From: Candidatus Omnitrophota bacterium
GTDB taxonomy: Bacteria > Ratteibacteria > UBA8468 > MWAK01
Direction: 5' to 3'
DNA length: 63,407 nt
Assembly (NCBI GenBank): GCA_043826355.1
Contig: JBDRQI010000006.1
Span: forward strand, 1 to 63,407
Shown here: one piece after another, positions 48,487-58,981 of the stretch
Layout of the letters: every line of letters begins with the position of its first letter
Numbering within the stretch: position 1 is the stretch's first letter
Notes under the pieces: generated by a model
Told to the model about the DNA's origin: nothing
What the model saw: only the letters and a program-made list of their open reading frames with translations
Databases searched by the model: none
Program-made: the position numbers and the translations under genes

Positions 48487-49860
48487 TTATTTCACTTTTT
48501 CTTTTTTTCTTTCTCTTTTCTCGTCTTTCTCCTCATTTTCTTCAGTTTCTAATCCCGGCGGTTGCGGCAGAAGTTGCTTGCGGCCCAGCGCTATCCGCTT
48601 TTTTCCCGGGTCCACCTCCAATACCACCACCTCAACCTTATCACCCTTTTTGATAACTTCGGAAGGATGTTTCATTTTTGTCCAGTCAAGGTCTTTGACG
48701 TGCAGCAGGCCTTCAATACCTTTTTCCAGTTCTACGAAAGCGCCGTAAGGGGTCAGATTATAAACTTTACCCTTAACCACGGTGCCGACCGGGTATTTTT
48801 CGGTGATTGTTTCCCACGGGTTGGGCTCCAGGGCTTTCATACTGAAGGATATCTTCTGTTTTTCCGGTTCCAGAGCGATTACCTGGATTTCTACCGTATC
48901 GCCCATTGCCAGGATTTCCGACGGGTTTTTTACCTTTATAGTCCAGGAGAGTTCCGAGATGTGAAGCAGGCCTTCCACCCCGTCCTCCAGTTTGATGAAC
49001 GCGCCGTAATCGGTGAGGTTAACCACCTTACCCTGAATCCTGCTCCCTACCGGGTACTTTCCTTCAATGTTTTCCCACGGGTTGGCTCCGGTCTGCTTGA
49101 TGCCTAATGCCACCTCGGCTTTTTCCGCGTTCACTTTCAAGATTTTAACCTCAATCTGGTCACCAACCGCAACTACCTGCGAAGGATGGGTGATGCGGCT
49201 CCAGGAAAGGTCGTTGATGTGCACCAGGCCGGTCAGGTCGCCGATGTCAACGAAGATTCCGTAGTCAACTATATTCCGAACAGTTCCTTTAACAATCTGG
49301 CCGATTTCAATCTTTTCCAGGGCAGCCAGCTTGCTTTGGTGCTCCTCTGCTTCCAAAATTTCCCGCCGGGAAACGACGATGTTGTTTCTCATCCGGTCCA
49401 GTTTTATTACCTTGAATTCAAAAACCTGGTTGACTAAAGTTTTAGGGTCGGCGATTGGTTTCAAGTCCGCTTGGCTGGCCGGCAAAAATGCCATAATCCC
49501 GATGTCTACCCGGAACCCGCCCTTTACCGGGGTGAGGATTTTTCCTCTAATTTTAAGCCCGTTCTTGTGGGCGCTTTCAACCCGGTCCCAGTTAAGGACC
49601 AGGTCGGCTTTTTCCTTAGATAAGACGATCAGGCCTGACTCAGCCGGTTCCAGGCTCTCCAGCATCACCCTTATTTCCTGTCCCGGTTCCAGGTTTTCAA
49701 AATCTTTGAACTCGTTGCGGGGGATAAACCCCTCAGTCTTGTAGCCGATGTCAACCAGCACATAATCAGAAGCAAGGTTGACAATCTTTCCCGAGATGAT
49801 GTTGCCGGGCTTGAAGGTGTTTACCTGACGCAATAGCAGTTCTGTTAGGTTTTCTGGCAT
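48487..49860 (-). CDS. rpsA: 30S ribosomal protein S1
   Basis: Repeated S1 domains (YGAFV.L..G.EGLLH.S/KEL). Confidence 0.93.
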   Translation of the reverse strand: MPENLTELLLRQVNTFKPGNIISGKIVNLASDYVLVDIGYKTEGFIPRNEFKDFENLEPGQEIRVMLESLEPAESGLIVLSKEKADLVLNWDRVESAHKNGLKIRGKILTPVKGGFRVDIGIMAFLPASQADLKPIADPKTLVNQVFEFKVIKLDRMRNNIVVSRREILEAEEHQSKLAALEKIEIGQIVKGTVRNIVDYGIFVDIGDLTGLVHINDLSWSRITHPSQVVAVGDQIEVKILKVNAEKAEVALGIKQTGANPWENIEGKYPVGSRIQGKVVNLTDYGAFIKLEDGVEGLLHISELSWTIKVKNPSEILAMGDTVEIQVIALEPEKQKISFSMKALEPNPWETITEKYPVGTVVKGKVYNLTPYGAFVELEKGIEGLLHVKDLDWTKMKHPSEVIKKGDKVEVVVLEVDPGKKRIALGRKQLLPQPPGLETEENEEKDEKRERKKEKVK

Positions 49861-49865
49861 TCTGT

Positions 49866-50726
49866 TTACCGTCCTTTCATGAATTTGTGAATCAGTTTTT
49901 TTTTGACTTCTTCAATCGTTTCCTTTGGCGTAGAGGTACCTGAAACCAACCCAATCTTCAGGTCTTTCCGGCGCCAGCTATCCTTGACTTCTTTCGCTCC
50001 GGCAATCAAATATGTCTCCGGTTTTAACCGACGCAGAAAACGGTATAAATTAGTAGTGTTGGCGCTCTTTCCGGAACCGACTACCAGAAGCACGTCAACC
50101 TTTTTGGCTAGTTGGCTGGCTTCGGTTTGCCGTCGCTCGGTCACCCGGCAGACCGTGTCAAAAAAAGAGGTTCCGGCCGGAAGTCCCTGTCGTTTAAGGG
50201 CGCCGAAGGCGCGGCGGTAACTTCTTTCGGTATTGGTAGTCTGGCTGACAACCGCAACACGCTTTCTATTTCCGAGTTTTAATTCTGAACCGGCCGGCGC
50301 GTTACGAGTCGCCGGGTAAATGATTACTTTTTTTCCGGCAAACCCGGACAGCGCCTTTACCTCCGGGTGGTCCGGCTTGCCTACAATAATGACTGTATAA
50401 CCCTTTTTTTGCAATCCGGCAACCAACTGTTGGACCCGGCGTACAAAGGGACAGGTCGCGTCTATTATTTTTTTCTTTTTCCGGACCAGTTCTTTTTGGA
50501 TGTCCGGGTGCAGTCCGTGGCTGCGGATGATAACCGGTTCCGGGCCGGCTTCAATTGATGCGGCAATCTTTAAACCTGACCGCTTAAGTCTTTCGATTAC
50601 CTGTTCGTTGTGAATGATCGGGCCCAGCGAAACGCAGGTTCCGCAACTCTTCAAAGTCTTTTCGCACAGGGAAACTGCCCGCTTGACGCCAAAACAGAAA
50701 CCGATTTCTTTGGCGGTAATTACCAT
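49866..50726 (-). CDS. ispH: HMBPP reductase
   Basis: GFCFGV; IHN; DATCP; SQTT; TVC; SANT; SGTSTP. Confidence 0.95.
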   Translation of the reverse strand: MVITAKEIGFCFGVKRAVSLCEKTLKSCGTCVSLGPIIHNEQVIERLKRSGLKIAASIEAGPEPVIIRSHGLHPDIQKELVRKKKKIIDATCPFVRRVQQLVAGLQKKGYTVIIVGKPDHPEVKALSGFAGKKVIIYPATRNAPAGSELKLGNRKRVAVVSQTTNTERSYRRAFGALKRQGLPAGTSFFDTVCRVTERRQTEASQLAKKVDVLLVVGSGKSANTTNLYRFLRRLKPETYLIAGAKEVKDSWRRKDLKIGLVSGTSTPKETIEEVKKKLIHKFMKGR

Positions 50727-50734
50727 ATCAGACT

Positions 50735-51394
50735 TCAACTTTCAGACTTTAGACTTTTAAAGTTTAATATTTGTTGATCTGATGGCTGGCATTTGGAATT
50801 CAGAGTCTGACGTCTATCTTTCAGTTCCGCAATCGCGGCCATTACTTTATCGGCAAATTCCTGGCGGCTGCCGCCGGGAAAAGTCAGTAATTTTCCGTAA
50901 AATACCCGGATTTCCCTGGGTCGGAAGATCCGGGCCCGGTTCGGCAACGCTTTATCGGTACCCTCCAGATAGACCGGAACAACCGGCGCCCCGGTTCCTT
51001 CTGCCAGGAAAGCTACGCCCGGACTTGCCGGAAGAAACGGTTTACCGGATAAATTCCTGGTTCCCTCCGGAAAGATGACCATCGCCCGCCCTTTTTTTAA
51101 AGATTTTATCGCACCGATCATCCCGACCGCGCCGCTATGCTGGCGCAGCGGAATAATGCCGACGCTCCTGATAATCGGGCGGGTGAAAAAATTATTATGA
51201 AAGGTGGTTTTTGAAATAAAAGTAATCCGCCGTGGTACTTTCATGGCAACCAGGGGCGGGTCAAGCCAGCTGATATGATTGGCCGCCAGGATTACTGCGC
51301 CTCGCCGGGGTATGTTGTCAACGCCGTCTACCTTAAGGCGGAAAAAAATCCAACTGAAAATACCCCCGAATATTTTTCCAAACCAATAGAGCAT
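50735..51394 (-). CDS. plsC: 1-acyl-sn-glycerol-3-phosphate acyltransferase
   Basis: NHISWLD; FPEGTR. Confidence 0.9.
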   Translation of the reverse strand: MLYWFGKIFGGIFSWIFFRLKVDGVDNIPRRGAVILAANHISWLDPPLVAMKVPRRITFISKTTFHNNFFTRPIIRSVGIIPLRQHSGAVGMIGAIKSLKKGRAMVIFPEGTRNLSGKPFLPASPGVAFLAEGTGAPVVPVYLEGTDKALPNRARIFRPREIRVFYGKLLTFPGGSRQEFADKVMAAIAELKDRRQTLNSKCQPSDQQILNFKSLKSES

Positions 51395-51401
51395 TCGGCT
51401 C

Positions 51402-52241
51402 TTATTTTATCCCTTTGCCCTTGTTTTTGTCAATCTCGCCCGCGGAAGGGAAGAAGATGGTACCTGTTGCTTCCCCGGCTAAAATCCGGGTCAGTATCTT
51501 TTTATGGCGTCCGTTGGCTATAATGACCGGCTTGCCTTCTTGTGTGACCATCCGGGCCGCTTCCAGTTTAGTAGTCATTCCACCTCTTGTTTTTTCCGAT
51601 TTACTGCCTTTTGCTTCAGCCATCAAAGAAGGGGAAATTACGCTTATTTCCGGAACAACCATTCCATTGGAGAGGAAGCCGTCCACATCGGAAAGAATGA
51701 TTAACAGGTCGGCATCAACCAATTTTGCTACCAGCGCCGAGAGGGTGTCGTTGTCTCCGAAAGACCGGAGCCGGCCGGACGGCATCTCTTCTACGGCAAC
51801 GGCATCATTTTCGTTGATAATCGGAATTACGCCGAACGAGAAAAGGGAATGAAGGGTATTCCGGGCGTTTTGAAACCGTTCCGGTTCCAGGACGATGTCT
51901 GCTGTCAGCAAGATTTGCCCTACCGCAAAACCCTGTTCCCGGAAGAGGCGTTCGTAAGTGCGCATCAGGTTGCTCTGCCCTACCGCGGCGGCGGCCTGAA
52001 GTGCAGGCAGGCCAGCGGGCCGGCGGTTGAGTCCCAAAATCTTCATTCCGGCCGCAATCGCGCCGGAAGTGACCAGGGCAACCTGCTGGTTGTTCTGGCG
52101 CATGACCGCAATCTCCTCGGTTAACTCTTCCATGTATGAAGTATCAAGCCGGTTGGCGTTGGTGGTCAAAATACTGGTACCCACCTTAACCACCACCCGG
52201 CGTACGTTTTTGAGCAACTCTTTTCGCGTTTTCTGTTTCAT
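51402..52241 (-). CDS. proB: Glutamate 5-kinase lacking the PUA domain
   Basis: VVKVGTS; SGAIAAG; NEND; FGDND; GGMTTK. Confidence 0.93.
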   Translation of the reverse strand: MKQKTRKELLKNVRRVVVKVGTSILTTNANRLDTSYMEELTEEIAVMRQNNQQVALVTSGAIAAGMKILGLNRRPAGLPALQAAAAVGQSNLMRTYERLFREQGFAVGQILLTADIVLEPERFQNARNTLHSLFSFGVIPIINENDAVAVEEMPSGRLRSFGDNDTLSALVAKLVDADLLIILSDVDGFLSNGMVVPEISVISPSLMAEAKGSKSEKTRGGMTTKLEAARMVTQEGKPVIIANGRHKKILTRILAGEATGTIFFPSAGEIDKNKGKGIK

Positions 52242-52242
52242 A

Positions 52243-53310
52243 TCAGATATCAACTATCTTGCCGGTTTCCAGGCTTTCGTGGACCGCGGCCGCCATCTTT
52301 GTGGCAGCCAGGCCGTCAGCGCCCAGCGCGGTAACGGTGCCGGACAACTTCTTAGCGTCGCCGCCCTTACTTATAAATTCAAGGTTATCCACAAAATCAG
52401 CGATTGACTCTATGCCGTAACCGGTAAATGTTGCGTTGCCCCACTTATCTTTCTTTTCCTGAAGGAAGCCCAGGTTGTGGGTTTGCATTCCGGTCTGACC
52501 CAGGCAGGTTCGCATGCCCCGGTCCTGGCTGTCCACCTCGGCCATACCCTTGTCGCCGACCAGGCGGAACCCCTGGTTGACGACCGCTTCAAACCCGTCC
52601 GGCAGAATCCAGGAGGTGTCAAAAGTAATACAGGCCCCTCCTTCAAACCCTATTTTTGCCTGTATAGAATCGTAAGTGTCCACGCCGAGTCCGGCCAGCA
52701 CCCGTTTTATTCCGGTGGCAAAGACCGTTTTCGGTTCCTTTTTAAGAATCCAGCGGATAAGGTCATAGAAATGGACGCCCAAAAACCAGGCCGGTGAGGA
52801 ACGGGGCGCCCAACCCGGGAACCAATCCCTGGGTACAAAAATTTTATCCTCCATGTGAACGTAACCGTATTGAATTTCACCCAGAGCGCCTTCTTTCACC
52901 AGGCGTTCAGTTTCCTGGTGGTATGGGTCGTAACGTTTGTGGAAATCAACTTCCAAAAAAACCTTATTCTCTTGGGCCGCCTTGATTATTTCCTGGCATC
53001 CCTCTACGGTAACATCCAGCGGTTTCTCAATCAGCACGTTCTTTCCGCTGCGGATGCTGTCCAGGGCAACCTGCCGGTGGGCAAAATCAGGGGTGGCGAT
53101 GGTGACCGCGTCCAGTTCTTCCTGCCGGAGCATTTCCCGATGGTCTTGGTATCCCTTTACGCCGAACTTTTTCTTTTGTGCTTCAAGGATTGCGGGGCTC
53201 AAATCAGCCAATGCCGCCAGTTTCACCCGGCCCTGCCGTTCTAACTGGCTGAGGGTAATCAGATGGTTGGTGCCAAATTTACCGCCGCCGATAACACCGA
53301 TTTTAATCAT
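52243..53310 (-). CDS. Gfo/Idh/MocA oxidoreductase
   Basis: GGGKFG; EKPL. Confidence 0.9.
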   Translation of the reverse strand: MIKIGVIGGGKFGTNHLITLSQLERQGRVKLAALADLSPAILEAQKKKFGVKGYQDHREMLRQEELDAVTIATPDFAHRQVALDSIRSGKNVLIEKPLDVTVEGCQEIIKAAQENKVFLEVDFHKRYDPYHQETERLVKEGALGEIQYGYVHMEDKIFVPRDWFPGWAPRSSPAWFLGVHFYDLIRWILKKEPKTVFATGIKRVLAGLGVDTYDSIQAKIGFEGGACITFDTSWILPDGFEAVVNQGFRLVGDKGMAEVDSQDRGMRTCLGQTGMQTHNLGFLQEKKDKWGNATFTGYGIESIADFVDNLEFISKGGDAKKLSGTVTALGADGLAATKMAAAVHESLETGKIVDI

Positions 53311-53317
53311 ATGATTT

Positions 53318-54541
53318 TTACGTTATCAAAAAATTAACCAGAACTTCTGAGGCCTTTAAAATTTCGGAAATGGATATGTTTTCACCCCGGCTGTGCGCAT
53401 CCCGGATTGAACCGGCGCCGAAGACCACGGTGGGCATCTTGCCCACCCGGTTGTAGAGCCGGGCGTCGCAACTGACGATAAAGCCGGTTACTTTAGGCGT
53501 CAGGCCGCTAAGACCGGCTGCCTCTGCCAGACCGGTAACTATCGGGTCGCCAACCGGCGTTTCATAAGCATCGTTATGCAGTTTTGGAAAAGAAACGCGG
53601 CTGTGTTCTCTCGTCCAGGGGTCAGGAAAATTTGCCAGGAGGGTGCGTAATTCCTCCTGGACCTGTTCCAAGTTTTTGTTGGGTAGAAAACCGACTCCGC
53701 CCTCAATCTCTGCCCAGCCGGCCACCATGCTGGGCCATTCTCCACCTTTCATAATGCCGATATTAACCTGGACCGGCTGCTGGTACTCCCGGAATAGCGG
53801 GTGGTCGCTTTCCGCAATCAGTTTTTTCTCGTACCGCCGCAGCTCTTTCATAACTTCAGCCATCTTTTCAATCGCGTTGACGCCTTCCCGGATGCGGCCC
53901 ATGTGGACCGGTTTCCCGGTCACCTCAATCCGGTACCAGACCGCGCCCCGGTTTGCCGGGCAGATGGTCAGGTCGGTTGATTCCAGAACTATGACGCCGT
54001 CGGCCTTGTGTCCCGAAAGGATGGCGGCCAAGGCGCCGTTGCCGCCGACCTCTTCTTCAATCACTACCTGGACTTCAACGTTCTTTTTCGATTTCAGCCG
54101 CAGTTCTTTCAGCGCCAGCAGCGCGAAATAGATGCTGACGATTTGGCCTTTGTCGTCAGCCGCGCCTCGGCCGATAACCCGGTCGCCCTCGACTCTTGGT
54201 TGAAAAGCATCCGGCCAGTCAGCCGCCGGAACTACGTCGCTGTGAGCGCATAAGATAACCGATTCTTTGCTTTCCGCCGGCAGGAAGGCGTATAGATTGG
54301 GCCGGCTGTTGTAGTCCAACTCCTGGTCGGTCCGGGTGTAAGCCGGGTGTGCCTTGATTGTTTCCGGCAGCAGTTCCGGTTTTACCGAGAGACCGAGCGT
54401 CTTAAACTTATCGGATAGAAAATCCTGTATTTCTGCCTCGCCGGCACCGGAAAGACTGGGGAAACGGATTAACTCGGACAGCAATTCCGTTGCCTCCAGC
54501 TTTTTGTTTTCTAAGAATTTTTGAATCAAATTATTTTGCAT
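53318..54541 (-). CDS. M20 ArgE/DapE-family deacylase
   Basis: HSDVV; GRGAADDKG; EEE; AH. Confidence 0.9.
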   Translation of the reverse strand: MQNNLIQKFLENKKLEATELLSELIRFPSLSGAGEAEIQDFLSDKFKTLGLSVKPELLPETIKAHPAYTRTDQELDYNSRPNLYAFLPAESKESVILCAHSDVVPAADWPDAFQPRVEGDRVIGRGAADDKGQIVSIYFALLALKELRLKSKKNVEVQVVIEEEVGGNGALAAILSGHKADGVIVLESTDLTICPANRGAVWYRIEVTGKPVHMGRIREGVNAIEKMAEVMKELRRYEKKLIAESDHPLFREYQQPVQVNIGIMKGGEWPSMVAGWAEIEGGVGFLPNKNLEQVQEELRTLLANFPDPWTREHSRVSFPKLHNDAYETPVGDPIVTGLAEAAGLSGLTPKVTGFIVSCDARLYNRVGKMPTVVFGAGSIRDAHSRGENISISEILKASEVLVNFLIT

Positions 54542-55917
54542 TATTTCATCACTTCTTTTATGACCTCCGCAACTCCTCTTGGACCGTAAAGACCGTCGTC
54601 AATCGCTTCGCGCGTGATGGACAACGGCGGCGCGAATTTGATTGCCCCTCTTCCTTTGCCGACCGGCGCGAAGAACAGGTTGCCTCCGCCAACCGCTTCT
54701 TCGCAGAAACGAAAAGCTGTTTCCGGGTCAGGGGTAAGCGTCTGCCGGTCCTTAAAAAAGAGCATGCCGTACACCAGGCCGCAGCCTCCGATCTCAATTC
54801 GTTCCCGGTAGGGAGCAGTCATTTTATCCAATTCACCTTTCAGATATCCGCCGATTTTTTCTGCGTTTTCAACCAGATTTTCGGCGATAATGGCTTCAAT
54901 GCCGGCCAGGGCGGCTATTGATGGCAACGGGCTGCCGGTGTGGGTGCTGGTCATCTCCCCGGGGCCGTAAAGGTCCAGGTAAGCGCTCTTTCCGATAACC
55001 GCGGAAAGGGGTAGAGAACTGGAGATACCCTTGCCGCAGACGAAGAGGTCGGGCGTGACGCCGTAATGCTGGAAACCGAACAACTTTCCGGTACGGCCGA
55101 AACCGGCCTGGACCTCGTCAAAAATTAAGGTGGCCTGATACCGGCTGCACCATTCCCGCAAAGCAACCGCGTAATCCGTAGGCATTAACCTGGCTTCCCG
55201 GCCCTGGAAGGTTTCCGCAATTACACCGGCCACTTCTTCCGGATTAACGCCGTAATTTTTCAGGCTTTTTTCAAAGAGGGAAAAAGATTTATCTTTGGTA
55301 TCAATGCTGCCCGGAAACGGCGCCTGGATAAAATAAGGGTTTGGGTCCACCCATTCCCCGCCACCCAGGCCGCCGCCGGCTAACTGGGCCGCATAAGTCC
55401 GGCCGTGGAAGGCGCCTTCAAAACTGATGATATAGCGTTTTTTCGGATTTTGTCTGATACCGGCGGTGCGGGCAACCTTGAGGGCGACTTCCACGGCCTC
55501 CGAGCCGGTAGTCATCAGAAAAACCCGGTCCAGTTCCTTTGGAACTAAACTGAGCAGTTTCTCCACCAGCGCGGCGCGCGGTTCATTAGCGAAAATATAA
55601 GTATGGAGCGGGCCGCCGCTGTTTAAATAATCTTTTAGCGCCTTTATAATTTTAGGATGGCAATGTCCGGCGCCGGTAACCAGTACCCCGCAACTCCAGT
55701 CAAGCCATTTGTTTCCGTAAGGGTCAAAGACCTGAAGACCCTCGGCTTTTTTCCAGATTATCGGCGGTTCGCAGTGCATGGAACGCGGTTCCGACGACCA
55801 GAGTCTTTTCAGAAAAGAGACCGATTCCGGTACCGGAATTTTGGTTTTAATCCTCCGGTACGCGGTTTCTACAAACGGAACTTCTTTAGGTTCCAGCGAA
55901 AATTCCTGCAAAGCCAT
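54541..55917 (-). CDS. Class III PLP aminotransferase
   Basis: TGSEA; FHGRT; DEVQAGFGRTG; GK. Confidence 0.92.
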   Translation of the reverse strand: MALQEFSLEPKEVPFVETAYRRIKTKIPVPESVSFLKRLWSSEPRSMHCEPPIIWKKAEGLQVFDPYGNKWLDWSCGVLVTGAGHCHPKIIKALKDYLNSGGPLHTYIFANEPRAALVEKLLSLVPKELDRVFLMTTGSEAVEVALKVARTAGIRQNPKKRYIISFEGAFHGRTYAAQLAGGGLGGGEWVDPNPYFIQAPFPGSIDTKDKSFSLFEKSLKNYGVNPEEVAGVIAETFQGREARLMPTDYAVALREWCSRYQATLIFDEVQAGFGRTGKLFGFQHYGVTPDLFVCGKGISSSLPLSAVIGKSAYLDLYGPGEMTSTHTGSPLPSIAALAGIEAIIAENLVENAEKIGGYLKGELDKMTAPYRERIEIGGCGLVYGMLFFKDRQTLTPDPETAFRFCEEAVGGGNLFFAPVGKGRGAIKFAPPLSITREAIDDGLYGPRGVAEVIKEVMK

Positions 55918-55918
55918 A

Positions 55919-56470
55919 TTATATTTCCTCCATTATCTCTTCCACCTCCACCATCCGGCCTTCGCCTTCTTTTCCGCAGGCAAGCCGTCCTTTTGCCGGA
56001 CCGATAAACCGGTAACCGGCCATCTTCAACTCCGCCACTTTTTTCTGCAGAATTTTGTTTTGCCACATCCCGGAGTTCATCGCCGGAACAAAGACGACCG
56101 GTTTGCGGGTGGTCAGGATAATTGCGGATAAAAGGTCGTCGGCCAGGCCTGCGGCAACCTTGGAGATGATGTTGGCGGTTGCCGGGCAGACCAGGATGAT
56201 ATCCGGCCAGTCTGCCAGAGAGATATGTTCAATTTCCCGCCCGGGCGAGGTCTGACCGACCGTGTTTTCCCGGGAGTCGAACATCTCTTGACAGACCGGA
56301 TTGCCGGAGAGTGTCTGGAAAGTAAGCGGAGTCACAAAATAAGACGCCTCTTTGGTCATCACCACCTTTACCTGGCTCTTTTCCTTAACCAGCGCAGAGG
56401 TTAAGGCCGCCGCCTTAAAAGCCGCAATACTTCCGGTTACGCCCAGCAGAACCTTTTTCCCTTTAGCCAT
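55919..56470 (-). CDS. coaC: Stand-alone phosphopantothenoylcysteine decarboxylase (N-terminal half of CoaBC)
   Basis: GVTGSIAAFK; HISLA; PATAN; PAMN; LACG..G.GR. Confidence 0.88.
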   Translation of the reverse strand: MAKGKKVLLGVTGSIAAFKAAALTSALVKEKSQVKVVMTKEASYFVTPLTFQTLSGNPVCQEMFDSRENTVGQTSPGREIEHISLADWPDIILVCPATANIISKVAAGLADDLLSAIILTTRKPVVFVPAMNSGMWQNKILQKKVAELKMAGYRFIGPAKGRLACGKEGEGRMVEVEEIMEEI

Positions 56471-56539
56471 AACGAAATTTTACCACACAATTGTCGGAAT
56501 TTAAAGATTAAGGAACCTGAATAATATCGGAAGGAAATT

Positions 56540-56849
56540 TTACGGGGCGCCGTATTTCAGGCCGCAGTCAATGTAGTGAATGATGTTTTCCTGAATTCTT
56601 TTCCCGCCAATCGGTCGTCTTGATTGTATCCGGAGGGAATTCTCCCAAAAAGATATTCGGCTTATCGCTCTTTGGCCCCCAGAAGAAGAAGCGGTCGGTC
56701 TTTCCTTCCGCATACTTAAGGATGGCTTCGTATTCCGGATGGTTATGGATCCAGGATTCGTAGAATCCGTCAAATTCGCAGAGGGAGATGCCGACCCGGT
56801 CCGGTTTCTCTCCCTGCAGTGTTTTTAAAATTCTTTCTCGGGAAGTCAT
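56540..56849 (-). pseudogene. Internally deleted UroD-family gene
   Basis: N-terminus MTSRERIL...PDRV joined out of frame to a C-terminal ENIIHYIDCGLKYG stop. Confidence 0.7.
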
Positions 56850-56855
56850 AATTTT

Positions 56856-57749
56856 TTAATAGTATTTCACCAGGCGGGAGACCGGCACCAGGGAAACACC
56901 GGCTTTTTCGAACTCCGGCAGCATCTCCTTGATGGTGGTAATGGTTTCCGGCCGGTTGTGGCCGATGCCGATTGCCCGGCCGTTCTTCAGGGCTTTTTGA
57001 ATCAGTTCCCGAATTTGGCCCCTGATATATTCCGGGTCGCTCTCGTTGTCCAGGAAGACGTCCCGGTGGGCCGCCTTAATTCCCAATTCCCGCGCTGTTT
57101 TAAAGGCTACCGAATTAGGGCTGGTTATGCTGTCTACAAAAAACAGGTCCCTTCCCTTTAAATTGGAAAGAACTTCTTTTATTAATACCGGGTCTGCGGT
57201 AGCCAGGGAACCCATATGGTTGTTAACGCCGGAGACCGGTCCTACCGAAGATAGGTTTTTTTCTATCTGTTGCCTGATTTCGTCCGTGCTCATTTCCGGA
57301 GAAATGGTTTCTTTTTCCAGCCGAACGCTTTTGCGGGGCGACAAGGGAAGGTGAAGCATTACTTCAAAACCGGCGGCCCTTGCCAGATCTGCAGTCTGTC
57401 TAGATGCTTTAAGGTTAGGCAGGACGGAAATGGTTACCGGGAGGTAAAGCTCCCGTACGCGTTCCAGGTTGTTGAGGTCGTAACCGAAATCATCAAGGAT
57501 GATGGCGGCCTGGGGTTTGTCCGGTCTGGAAACCGGCGGGAACGGTATCTTGCCCAACTTCGCCATGCTTTCGCCCAGACGGTTTTTCGGTGGTTGGGGG
57601 GGCAAAACGGTCTGGACCGGTCCGTGTTTTTGGGGCTTTGACGAATAGAAAGAACTAATGAGCTCCGGATTTTTCAGGACATAAAGACCGAACCAGAGGA
57701 CGAGCGCAACGACTATCAGGAACGGAAAAGGATTGTGTTCATTTGCCAT
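56856..57749 (-). CDS. Divergent polysaccharide deacetylase (YibQ-like)
   Basis: IILDDFG; LHLP; NNHMGS; DVFLD; IGH. Confidence 0.9.
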   Translation of the reverse strand: MANEHNPFPFLIVVALVLWFGLYVLKNPELISSFYSSKPQKHGPVQTVLPPQPPKNRLGESMAKLGKIPFPPVSRPDKPQAAIILDDFGYDLNNLERVRELYLPVTISVLPNLKASRQTADLARAAGFEVMLHLPLSPRKSVRLEKETISPEMSTDEIRQQIEKNLSSVGPVSGVNNHMGSLATADPVLIKEVLSNLKGRDLFFVDSITSPNSVAFKTARELGIKAAHRDVFLDNESDPEYIRGQIRELIQKALKNGRAIGIGHNRPETITTIKEMLPEFEKAGVSLVPVSRLVKYY

Positions 57750-58965
57750 TTACGGTATTTTGTTGAAGTCCGGACAATGCTTTATTCAAAAAGTCGAAGC
57801 CGGTTTGCAACTGGTTATCTTTGGTGATATCCAGCACTCCTTCCAGGGGGACGTTTTTGTCTTTCGGTTCTATCGTAATGTCAGGCGTCAGGCCGTTTCC
57901 TTCGACGACATGTCCGTTAGGGGTGTAGTAGTGAGCGATAGTAATCTTGACCGCGGTGTTTTCCGGTAGCGGAATCACCGTTTGCACCGAGCCCTTGCCG
58001 AAACTTTTTTCACCCACCAGGGTTGCCCGCTTCCAGTCGGAGAGCGCGCCGGACAATATTTCGGAGGCGCTGGCGCTGCCGCCGTTAATCAGGATTACGA
58101 TGGGAACGGAGACCGGCACGGTTTCGTTTTGCTTGGTCTTAAATTCCACGCGGTCTTCCGCTTTGCGGCCCTGGGTGTAGGTGACCAGTTTTCCGGGTTT
58201 CAGGAAAAGGTTGCTGACTTCGATAGCGGTGTCCAGCAGCCCGCCGGGGTTATTGCGCACGTCAATAATCAGGCCTTCCATTCCCTGTTTGTTCAGTGTT
58301 TCCAAGGCTTCCTTCAGGTCCAGGTAGGTGTCCTTCTGAAATTCAACCAGTCGGATATAGGCGATTTTAGAATCAAGCAGAAACTGCGCCCGCTTTACCG
58401 ACTTCAGTTTAATCTCTTCCCGGGTAAGCGTAATCTTGATGATTTCCGGTGCGCCTTCCCGCAGGATTTCAATCGCCACTTTTGTGCCTGGTTCGCCCCG
58501 CAGCATTCTGGCCGCAGCGCTGCTGTCCATGCCCCGGGTTGTCTTGTCGTCTATCCGGGTAATTCTGTCGTTAGGCTTAATTCCGGCCCGGGAAGATGGC
58601 GTATCTTCAATCGGCGAGACCACGGTAATCAGGCCGTCTTTGACGGTGATGGTCATGCCCACGCCGCCGAACTTGCCTTCGGTTCCAATTGACAGTTCCT
58701 GATAAGCTTCTGCTTCCATGAATATGCTGTACGGGTCCAGGGAGGAGAGCATGCCTTTGAGCGCGCCGTAAATCAACTTCTGGGATTCTACCGGTTCCAC
58801 GTAGTTGTTTTTGACGATGGAGAGTACGTCGCTGAAGAGCTGTAATTGCTTGTAAAGCGTTTCTTCCGATTTGCGTGCCTGGCTCGCGGCGATGTCTTCG
58901 TTCAAGAAGAAAGCGATTCCAGCCAGCAGGATGACCACCGCCCAAAAATTACGCGCCCTTTTCAT
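57739..58965 (-). CDS. ctpA: S41 carboxyl-terminal protease
   Basis: PDZ domain; DVRNNPGG; SASASEI; FGKGSVQ. Confidence 0.92.
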   Translation of the reverse strand: MKRARNFWAVVILLAGIAFFLNEDIAASQARKSEETLYKQLQLFSDVLSIVKNNYVEPVESQKLIYGALKGMLSSLDPYSIFMEAEAYQELSIGTEGKFGGVGMTITVKDGLITVVSPIEDTPSSRAGIKPNDRITRIDDKTTRGMDSSAAARMLRGEPGTKVAIEILREGAPEIIKITLTREEIKLKSVKRAQFLLDSKIAYIRLVEFQKDTYLDLKEALETLNKQGMEGLIIDVRNNPGGLLDTAIEVSNLFLKPGKLVTYTQGRKAEDRVEFKTKQNETVPVSVPIVILINGGSASASEILSGALSDWKRATLVGEKSFGKGSVQTVIPLPENTAVKITIAHYYTPNGHVVEGNGLTPDITIEPKDKNVPLEGVLDITKDNQLQTGFDFLNKALSGLQQNTVNGK

Positions 58966-58981
58966 TTTTTAATCTCCGGAA

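Noticed and set aside
48487..49860. RpsA shorter than the six-domain type
   Set aside because: S1 domain number varies normally among phyla.
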